The notes beneath the pieces are model-generated. The model saw only the letters and a list, made by a program, of their open reading frames with translations, made no database searches and was not told where the DNA came from. Source: a virus. From it: a stretch of DNA of 43,754 bases. Within the stretch, counting starts at the first letter, position 1. Each line of letters opens with the position of its first letter. The translations under genes and the position numbers were made by a program. Shown piece after piece: positions 6,856 to 12,936 of this stretch. The stretch lies in the IMG/VR virus record IMGVR_UViG_3300029478_000005; one strand, written 5' to 3'.

Positions 6856-6927
6856 CATGTTTCATGCACATTTGGAGACATGTACAAACATGAAACATGC
6901 AGATTGTGCAAGTTGTACATGTTGCAT
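6855..6927. promoter_or_regulatory. CATG-rich operator array between divergent promoters
   Basis: CATGTTTCATG (6856-6866) is the reverse complement of CATGAAACATG (6889-6899). CATGTACA (6879-6886) pairs with TGTACATG (6914-6921). At least six ACATG half-sites. Confidence 0.6.
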
Positions 6928-6950
6928 GACTGGGCAGGATGTGCTACAAT
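6922..6950 (+). promoter_or_regulatory. Sigma70-type promoter for the RHH gene
   Basis: TTGCAT (6922-6927), 17 nt, TACAAT (6945-6950). Confidence 0.6.
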
Positions 6951-6980
6951 GGAAATACTACATAAAAGGAGGCACGAAAA

Positions 6981-7181
6981 ATGTCTACGGACGCGAAAAG
7001 AGCAGCCAATGCGCGGTATTTGGCCAAGTTCAAGGCAATTTCTGTACGGCTTAATCAGGAGGACGCGGAAACTATCCAGCGGGCAGCGGATGCAGCGGGG
7101 GAGAGCCTGAGCGGCTATATAGCCAGCGCGGCAAAATCACGCGCAAAACTTGAAAATCACGATAAACCGAAAAGCCCTTGA
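6981..7181 (+). CDS. Ribbon-helix-helix (CopG/Arc-like) DNA-binding protein (66 aa)
   Basis: AISVRLNQEDAETIQRAADAAGESLSGYI is a typical RHH strand-helix-helix pattern. AAGGAGG RBS. Confidence 0.65.
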   Translation: MSTDAKRAANARYLAKFKAISVRLNQEDAETIQRAADAAGESLSGYIASAAKSRAKLENHDKPKSP

Positions 7182-7215
7182 CAAAATCGCACTTAAGTAG
7201 TAAAATGTGTATAAT
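7178..7215 (+). promoter_or_regulatory. Late-operon promoter
   Basis: TTGACA (7178-7183), 17 nt, TAAAAT (7201-7206). A second -10-like TATAAT at 7210-7215. Overlaps the RHH stop codon. Confidence 0.65.
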
Positions 7216-7257
7216 GAGCGAACCACGCGAGGAAGCGAGCTTCCGCGGCGGGGCTCA
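7215..7257 (+). promoter_or_regulatory. 5' leader hairpin of the late transcript
   Basis: TGAGC/GCTCA base, CC-CGCG/CG-CG-GG middle, GGAAG-CGAG-CTTCC tip. Embedded in the 11-bp inverted repeat TGTATAATGAG (7208-7218) / CTCATTATACA (7258-7268). Confidence 0.5.
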
Positions 7258-7302
7258 CTCATTATACAGTTTTAACGTATCAACGCGAAAATTAGGTTTC
7301 GG

Positions 7303-7333
7303 GCGTCCAGCTTTACCGCTGGGCGCTTTTTTT
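7303..7333 (+). terminator. Promoter-proximal intrinsic terminator ahead of terS
   Basis: 9-bp stem GCGTCCAGC/GCTGGGCGC (one G-U), loop TTTACC, T7 run. Ends 25 nt before ATG 7359. Confidence 0.75.
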
Positions 7334-7358
7334 GTTGCTATAAAAGGAGGGCGGCAAC

Positions 7359-7925
7359 ATGGCAGAAAAGAAGGCGGCGCAGGCCGTCCAGCTTGGAGAA
7401 GTGACCCGCAAGGCAATTGCAGGAGTCGAAAAGGCCAGGCAAGCAGCAGAACGCGGTGAACTCGTAGATAAGCGCGGCAACAGGATGAACCCGGCCAGCA
7501 TTGCGAATCTGCGGCCAGGTACAGCAATAAAGGATATGGAACCGGAACGTAGGCGGGAAATTCAGCAGGCAGGGCAGAAGGCAAGCGTTGAAGCTCAGAA
7601 GAAGCGCCGAACGATTAAGGAAATATATAGAGACCTGCTACAGCAGCCGGACAGTGTGGAAGGGCTGGAAGATGAGGAACTAGCCCAAACTGTACAAGAG
7701 ATGGCGCGAGAGAGGGGAAGGCCTGTCACGTTGTACGAATCAATCGCTGTCGCGATGGCGGCCAAAGCGAAGGCCGGAGACGTCAAAGCGGCGGTGTTTG
7801 TGCGAGATTCTGCGGGCGATAAACCGGCTGATCAGATGGAAATTACAGCCGAAGCAATGACCGACGCAGATAGAGAATTGATGCAGAACATCCAGAAGCG
7901 ACTGCAAAAGAACGATAATACGTGA
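7359..7925 (+). CDS. terS: Terminase small subunit (188 aa)
   Basis: AAGGAGGG RBS. The segment AKAGDVKAAVFVRDSAGDKPADQ matches the conserved TerS motif seen in Firmicutes phages (from memory). Sits upstream of terL. Confidence 0.7.
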   Translation: MAEKKAAQAVQLGEVTRKAIAGVEKARQAAERGELVDKRGNRMNPASIANLRPGTAIKDMEPERRREIQQAGQKASVEAQKKRRTIKEIYRDLLQQPDSVEGLEDEELAQTVQEMARERGRPVTLYESIAVAMAAKAKAGDVKAAVFVRDSAGDKPADQMEITAEAMTDADRELMQNIQKRLQKNDNT

Positions 7926-7933
7926 TTTCGTGG

Positions 7934-7957
7934 TTCGCTAAATAAGTATTTAGCGAA
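7934..7957. promoter_or_regulatory. Perfect 10-11 bp hairpin/palindrome just after the terS stop
   Basis: TTCGCTAAATA-AG-TATTTAGCGAA. Confidence 0.5.
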
Positions 7958-8068
7958 ATAGAAACCAGCAGCAGGCGGAAACCGGGGGCTGGCTGTAGAT
8001 GAAGAAGGCCCGGGCGATGGTATTTTTTTTAGGCGGTCTGCCGGAGAGGGCAGGCGGCAGCAGGGCAG

Positions 8069-8346
8069 GGGGGTACCCCCTATGAAGGGGAGGGCGGGGC
8101 TCATAGGTAGCGCGGCCCGGTACGAATATGCCCATTCCCCCAGCGAACATAAAAATAAATTCTCTCCCATGCCACAAATATCCATGCAAAATGAAAGAAA
8201 ACACGGGATTGTATAACAAGCAAGAAACAAGAGTACATCCCCCTATGAGGGAACTATACCCTACATAGCAAAGGTTCCCTAAAAAAATAAAAATTTGAAA
8301 TTTTGAGTATCCCGGTGCGGAGACAGTACCCCCTACTGTTTATGGG
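8069..8346 (+). repeat. Three dispersed GTAC..CCCCCTA(T/C) motifs plus GGGGGTACCCCC palindrome (candidate packaging/protein-binding sites)
   Basis: TACCCCCTA at 8074-8082 and 8327-8335; ATCCCCCTA at 8237-8245. Palindrome 8069-8080. Hairpin CCTATGA(8079-8085)/TCATAGG(8101-8107) with a G-rich 15-nt loop. Confidence 0.45.
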
Positions 8347-8386
8347 ACTAGGGCCGTCCGCTTCAAGACCCAGCGGCCACAATAAA

Positions 8387-8414
8387 GCGTTCTGCTACGG
8401 CAGGGCGCTTTTTT
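8387..8414 (+). terminator. Intrinsic terminator inside the terS-terL gap
   Basis: 9-bp stem GCGTTCTGC/GCAGGGCGC (two G-U), loop TACG, T6. The core CTGCTACGGCAGGG is shared with the terminator at 12868. Confidence 0.7.
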
Positions 8415-8610
8415 ATTTGCTGCATAGCCAGCCGCAAACTTGGCCTGACAAGTCAATACGGCAAGGGCGCTGCGCTCCGCAAGCTACGGCGTGGCAAAGG
8501 TGCAAGACCTATGTGCAGTACAGAGGGCAGGGTCGCAACCTGTCTGTGTGAGCGTGCGCGGTATACCTCACAAATGATGACAATGGTCGTGCAAACGGCA
8601 AGCCGCACAT

Positions 8611-8668
8611 GCCCTTGTAGCTCAATGGCAAGAGCCTTGGTGTGCCGGTTCAAGTCCGGCTGAGGGCA
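8611..8668 (+). ncRNA. tRNA-like element lacking the anticodon arm (58 nt)
   Basis: Acceptor GCCCTTG/TGAGGGC; U8; D arm GCTC-AATGGCAA-GAGC (A14, G18G19, A21); T arm GCCGG-TTCAAGT-CCGGC; discriminator A. Only 8 nt (CTTGGTGT, 8636-8643) sit where the anticodon arm and variable loop belong. No encoded CCA. Confidence 0.6.
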
Positions 8669-8996
8669 AATGCTGGGTCATTCCCACCGGTGAAAGCCCG
8701 GCGCAGGCAAAATGCGATAAATCAACCTGAACGCTGTAAGCAAAGCGGCAAGCCGATCAGGAGCGCGGCGCGATGGCAGATCGCAACGGGACTTCGAGAG
8801 CCTGAAAAAGTCTGCCCCACATCTGCTTGCGCGGACGCTGTTACTGACACCGTTGCGCGTTGTGGCCCCCTTTAATCAAAGCAGAAACCGCGACCAGCGG
8901 ACGGGATATAAATAACGCTGGATTACGTTGCAGGTGTGCAGCTGCAACGGGTGAGACCGGCATAGCAGAGACCGGTAGGGCGGGTATGGGGAATTT

Positions 8997-10508
8997 TTGA
9001 GGAACTGGGGTGATGTGTTGACGCTGGAAGAAATGCGGGAACTTGAGCGCGAGGCGTGCAGGAAAGACCCGGTATATTTTTGCGAAACATATTGCCACAT
9101 TGAGGACAAGGACGCAGACGAGCTGATACAACCGTTTACGCTGTGGGACGGGCAGAAAAAAGCACTGGTCGTGTTTGCCGAGAACCGGCTTGTTTGCGTG
9201 CTGAAAGCACGTCAGTTGGGCTTTACATGGCTGGCGCTGGCAGAGGTGGCGCGGCTTGTGGCGCTGAACACAGGCCGTACTGCGATTGGCTTGAGCCGGT
9301 CAGAGGACGAGGCCAAAGAGCTTGTGCGCCGCCTTGCGGTGATACTGCGGTACATGCCGGGGCTTATCCGAGAGGTGGACACGCCGGGCGGCAGCGTTGC
9401 AGGCTGGACAGGGCCGGTATTCTACAAAAGCACAATGCAGGTGGTTGTGATGTGGCCGGACGGCCCAGAGAGCGTGTTTAAGGCGTTTCCGTCAAGCCCT
9501 GCGGCAGGCCGTTCGTTTACCGCTGACTTGATCGTAATTGACGAATGGGCGTTCCAGCAGTACGCAGAGGAAATCTGGCAGGCTGCATACCCGGTTATCA
9601 ACAGACCGTTCGGCGGGCGGGTTATCGGGCTGTCAACCATCAAACTTGGCACGCTGTTTGAGGAAATCTACACAAACCCCGGCAACGGTTTTGCAAAGCT
9701 GTTTTTGCCGTGGAGCACAGACCCACGCCGCAGTCAGAAGTGGTACGCACAGACTGTTGCTGCGCTGGGCGAGGATAAAACGATGCAGGAGTACCCTGCA
9801 ACCGAAGAAGAAGCGCTCTCTGCCCCCGGAGGGCGCTTTTTTAGTGAGCTTGACAAAGATACCCACTTGGTCGATGCACCGCCTACAGGGCCGCTAAGGC
9901 GCTATGTGACGATTGACTATGGTCTTGATATGCTGGCTGCGCTTTGGATTGCTGTTGACACGCAGGGCCATGCAACGGTGTACCGGGTGGACGGCGGGCC
10001 GAACAAGACGATAGGTGAAGCGGCAGATTTGATTTTGCGCGATTCTGCCGAGGAAGAGATAGACATGTATCTTGCACCGCCTGACCTGTGGAACCGAAGT
10101 CAGGAGAGCGGCAAGAGCCGCGCACAGCTGTTCAGCGAGGCGGGATTGCCGTTGGTGCAGAGTTCCCGAGACTTCCCGGCAGGATGCGCGGCCATGAAAC
10201 AATGGCTGCGCAAGGACGAAAAGAGCGGGAAAGGGTATCTGACGTTCTACAAGCCGGGCGAGTTATGGACGTGCCTGACGAAGATACAGAAGGATGATAA
10301 AAACCCTGATGTGTATGCGAAGAACCCTCACGGCCTGACGCATTACCCGGACGCATTACGCTATTTTTGCGTTTGGTGGACAAGCCCGGCGAAAAAACCT
10401 GTGAATATACGAAAAAGGCCGTGGACGGCGGACATGTACGAGGATTACAAGAACGCCAGCCAGAAAGACCGCAAAATGCTGATTGAGAAATGGGGGAACC
10501 CTGCATGA
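8997..10508 (+). CDS. terL: Terminase large subunit (about 500 aa; exact start uncertain: TTG 8997, GTG 9015 or ATG 9033)
   Basis: Walker-A-like LKARQLGFTW, Walker B DLIVIDEWAF, C-terminal nuclease-type region, correct size and position. Confidence 0.88.
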   Translation: MRNWGDVLTLEEMRELEREACRKDPVYFCETYCHIEDKDADELIQPFTLWDGQKKALVVFAENRLVCVLKARQLGFTWLALAEVARLVALNTGRTAIGLSRSEDEAKELVRRLAVILRYMPGLIREVDTPGGSVAGWTGPVFYKSTMQVVVMWPDGPESVFKAFPSSPAAGRSFTADLIVIDEWAFQQYAEEIWQAAYPVINRPFGGRVIGLSTIKLGTLFEEIYTNPGNGFAKLFLPWSTDPRRSQKWYAQTVAALGEDKTMQEYPATEEEALSAPGGRFFSELDKDTHLVDAPPTGPLRRYVTIDYGLDMLAALWIAVDTQGHATVYRVDGGPNKTIGEAADLILRDSAEEEIDMYLAPPDLWNRSQESGKSRAQLFSEAGLPLVQSSRDFPAGCAAMKQWLRKDEKSGKGYLTFYKPGELWTCLTKIQKDDKNPDVYAKNPHGLTHYPDALRYFCVWWTSPAKKPVNIRKRPWTADMYEDYKNASQKDRKMLIEKWGNPA

Positions 10509-10675
10509 GATGCCCGACTTGCGGCGTGGAGTGCCGCGTGGATTCCAGCACAGAAGTGCTAAAATTTATCTGCCGAAGCAAGCAATGCCCGCGATTTGGT
10601 CAGGTTGTGGGGGAGCTGGCACCGGGAAAAGCGGTGCAGAGGGTGAGTTACCCGGTGAATGACGGCGGGCAATAA
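10505..10675 (+). CDS. Small zinc-ribbon protein (56 aa)
   Basis: ATGA overlap with the terL stop. MRCPTCGVEC...FICRSKQCPRFG gives two CxxC-type pairs. Confidence 0.5.
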   Translation: MRCPTCGVECRVDSSTEVLKFICRSKQCPRFGQVVGELAPGKAVQRVSYPVNDGGQ

Positions 10676-10683
10676 GATTTGCT

Positions 10684-10740
10684 TTGCCCTCATCCGGCCC
10701 TGCGGGGCCACCTTCCCCCTCGGGGGAAGGCAGGGGAATT
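10684..10740 (+). repeat. Structured intergenic repeat, copy 1 (two hairpins)
   Basis: GCCCTCATCC + GGCCC-TGCG-GGGCC + A + CCTTCCCC-CTCG-GGGGAAGG. Its 33 nt TTTGCCCTCATCCGGCCCTGCGGGGCCACCTTC (starting 10683, one base left of this feature) are identical to copy 2. Confidence 0.8.
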
Positions 10741-10752
10741 ACGATAGAAGAA

Positions 10753-10783
10753 GCGTCTACCCGAAAGGGTAGGCGCTTTTTTT
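10753..10783 (+). terminator. Intrinsic terminator after the terL unit
   Basis: 10-bp stem GCGTCTACCC/GGGTAGGCGC (one G-U), GAAA loop, T7. Confidence 0.8.
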
Positions 10784-10823
10784 ATACAAATTTAGCCGGC
10801 GGGCGTTGTACGCGGAGGAACCT

Positions 10824-11642
10824 ATGGACGAGTTTGAAAACGGCGTGACCGCTGGCGTAGCCGACCAGATTGACGACAACCCGACAGAAAATGTGGAAAC
10901 TGTGGAAAGTGAAGTGGAAAGTGCCGCCCAAAACACGGAAACTGCCACAGAACCGGAAATCCCTAACAATGTATGGGCCATTGCCCGCCAGCGCAGCGAG
11001 CGAGAGGCACAGCAGCGTGTGGACAGACAATTTGCACAGAGATTTGCCGGGTACAAAAACCCCGAGACCGGCGCGCCGGTCAAGTCGATGCAGGACTATT
11101 TCGCCGCACTGGACGCCCAGAACAAGCTTGACCGTCAGCGTGCAATCGAGCAGGCCACGGCGAACCAGACAGCGGAACAGAGAGCCGCGTTGCAGCGCCT
11201 TATCGACAACGACCCGGAGAAGGCACAGCTGAAAGCCGAGATGGAGGAGCTGAAAGCCGCCAGAGTCAACGACGAGGCGCAGGCAGCGTTCAATGCTGAC
11301 TTTGCCGCGCTGCAAAAAATTGAGCCGAGCCTGAAAACCACCGCAGACCTTGCCAAGCTTGAAAATTTTGACAAGATGGTCGAGCTTGTGCAGAAAAACG
11401 GGCTGGACATGGTGACCGCCTACAAGGCGCTGAACTATGGCAAGGCTATACAGAGCGGCACGGAGGCAGGACGGCAGGCGGCCATCAATGCGGCAAAAAG
11501 CAAAGGACACCTGGCCGCGCACGGCGGTGCCAATATGCCGGGCAAGGAAAAGACCATGAGCAGCGGGATGCTTGCGAAAGCGCATGAGTATTTCCCGGAC
11601 AAGAGCGATGAGGAGCTGCAGAAGCTCTACAACTCGATTTGA
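10824..11642 (+). CDS. Scaffolding protein (272 aa)
   Basis: Acidic N-terminus, long A/Q/E-rich helical region, immediately upstream of the capsid gene. GGAGGA RBS before ATG 10824. Confidence 0.6.
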   Translation: MDEFENGVTAGVADQIDDNPTENVETVESEVESAAQNTETATEPEIPNNVWAIARQRSEREAQQRVDRQFAQRFAGYKNPETGAPVKSMQDYFAALDAQNKLDRQRAIEQATANQTAEQRAALQRLIDNDPEKAQLKAEMEELKAARVNDEAQAAFNADFAALQKIEPSLKTTADLAKLENFDKMVELVQKNGLDMVTAYKALNYGKAIQSGTEAGRQAAINAAKSKGHLAAHGGANMPGKEKTMSSGMLAKAHEYFPDKSDEELQKLYNSI

Positions 11643-11666
11643 TTTTTTGTGTAAAGGAGACTGACT

Positions 11667-12668
11667 ATGGCAGTTATTTTTAGCAAGGCAAGCGGCCTTG
11701 CCAATGATTTTTGGAATGAGTGGGCTGACCTGCTCACCATGAAAATGAAGGACACCGACAACGAAAAGAACAACGATGACGAGCTTGTCAATGCGCTGTT
11801 CAATGTCAAGAAGTCCAAGCGTTTCGGCGAGAAGATCGCAGGCATGTCTACCTTCTCCAACTTTGATCTGGTCGATGAGGGCGCGTCCAGCCCGCTGGAT
11901 GATTTCGGCGAGGTGGAGCCCAAACTGATCCAGCATTCGGAGTTCAAGAAGGCGTTCCGCATCACCAAGACGATGATCGAGGACAACCAGTTCGATATGG
12001 GCGCTGCCCGCTCTGCAGCCTATGTGCGTAGCTTTAAGCGCAGTCGTGCTGTGCTTGCCTCCAACGCACTGACCAGCGCTGCCGCGACCTTTACTTACGG
12101 CACAAAGACCGGGCTGGATTCCACAACTGCAGACGGCAAGGCCCTGTTTGCCAAAGACCATACCGGCAAGACCGGCGTTTCCGCGCAGAGCAATGTGTTT
12201 ACCAATGCGCTGGGCACCGATGACACGATGCTGAACAAGCTGGCGAATGTCGGCTTCAACTTCATGAATGCCTCCGGCAACCACATGGGCTATGTGTTCG
12301 ACACCATCATCCTGCCTGCCAACCGCCCAGAGATGATCGTGCTGGCAAAGAAGATCGCCAACAGTGACCAGCAGGTCGGCAGCAACTTCAACGATGTGAA
12401 CGTCAACAAGGGCATGTGGAAGCTGATCGTTGACCATCATTGGCAGGCTGCTGAAGAGACAAACCCCTATATCATCATGAGTTCTCAGGCCAACAAAGAC
12501 CTGCTGGGCAACGTGTTTTATGACCGTACCGCGATGGAGGTCTTCCAGAATGTGGACACGATGACGCAGGATCTGATCACTTCCTGCCGTGGCCGTTTCA
12601 GCGTCGGTTTCGGAGATTGGCGGCATGTGATCCTTGGCGGCGCTGCCGCCGGCACGACACTGACCTGA
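11667..12668 (+). CDS. Major capsid protein (333 aa, HK97-fold type inferred)
   Basis: AAGGAG RBS, size, position after the scaffold, and a strong terminator downstream typical of a highly expressed gene. Confidence 0.7.
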   Translation: MAVIFSKASGLANDFWNEWADLLTMKMKDTDNEKNNDDELVNALFNVKKSKRFGEKIAGMSTFSNFDLVDEGASSPLDDFGEVEPKLIQHSEFKKAFRITKTMIEDNQFDMGAARSAAYVRSFKRSRAVLASNALTSAAATFTYGTKTGLDSTTADGKALFAKDHTGKTGVSAQSNVFTNALGTDDTMLNKLANVGFNFMNASGNHMGYVFDTIILPANRPEMIVLAKKIANSDQQVGSNFNDVNVNKGMWKLIVDHHWQAAEETNPYIIMSSQANKDLLGNVFYDRTAMEVFQNVDTMTQDLITSCRGRFSVGFGDWRHVILGGAAAGTTLT

Positions 12669-12679
12669 GGCGGTGCAGC

Positions 12680-12862
12680 ATGGTTCCTAAAGGATTAAAA
12701 ATCGGGGACACCTTTGAGGACGGCAAGCGGCTGTATGTTGTGGAGGCCGTGAACGGGGACGGGACGTATTATTCCCGGGCAGTAGAGAACTCCTCCAGAC
12801 CTGCGGCCACCTCCCACGCAAGCGATGAGAGCAAGGGAAAACGGCGAACCAAGAAGCAGTAA
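12680..12862 (+). CDS. Small protein (60 aa), possible head decoration/accessory
   Basis: MVPKGLKIGDTFEDGKRLYVVEAVNGDGTYYSRAV... SH3-like beta pattern with a basic tail. ATG 12680 (the ORF-track start at 12617 overlaps the capsid gene). Confidence 0.45.
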   Translation: MVPKGLKIGDTFEDGKRLYVVEAVNGDGTYYSRAVENSSRPAATSHASDESKGKRRTKKQ

Positions 12863-12867
12863 TTTTA

Positions 12868-12897
12868 GCGGCTCTGCTACGGCAGGGCCGCTTTTTT
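12868..12897 (+). terminator. Intrinsic terminator after the capsid unit
   Basis: 10-bp stem GCGGCTCTGC/GCAGGGCCGC (one G-U), loop TACG, T6. Confidence 0.8.
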
Positions 12898-12936
12898 ATC
12901 ACATTTGCGGGGGCATGACCCCACAGGAGTGACGAT

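Larger units (their letters stand above)
7926..8996. other. 1,071-bp non-coding, highly structured gap between terS and terL
   Basis: No ORF with an RBS or plausible composition on either strand. Contains hairpins, repeated motifs, an internal terminator and a tRNA-like element. Confidence 0.7.

Noticed and set aside
8570-8600. Hammerhead-like TGATGA...AAAC near 8573
   Set aside because: The core lacks the required CUGAUGA/GAAA spacing and has no complementary stem II.
8611-8668. tRNA-like element as the attP core or as an ordinary tRNA gene
   Set aside because: The real attP, with arm repeats and a different tRNA 3' end, lies next to int at 4419-4446. There is no room for an anticodon stem-loop (8-nt linker), so it cannot decode.
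8303-8875. ORFs 8303-8551 and 8642-8875 (+) in the terS-terL gap
   Set aside because: One reads through an intrinsic terminator. The other starts with GTG inside the tRNA-like T arm and is Arg/Ala-rich. Neither has an RBS.
10782-12626. Very long antisense ORFs (10782-12626, 13441-14958, 18106-19197, 23752-25965, 25119-26384, 31132-32064 on minus; 35107-35928 and 5530-6276 on +)
   Set aside because: They mirror well-supported genes on the opposite strand. They have Arg/Cys/His/Leu-rich shadow composition typical of GC-rich DNA and lack RBSs.
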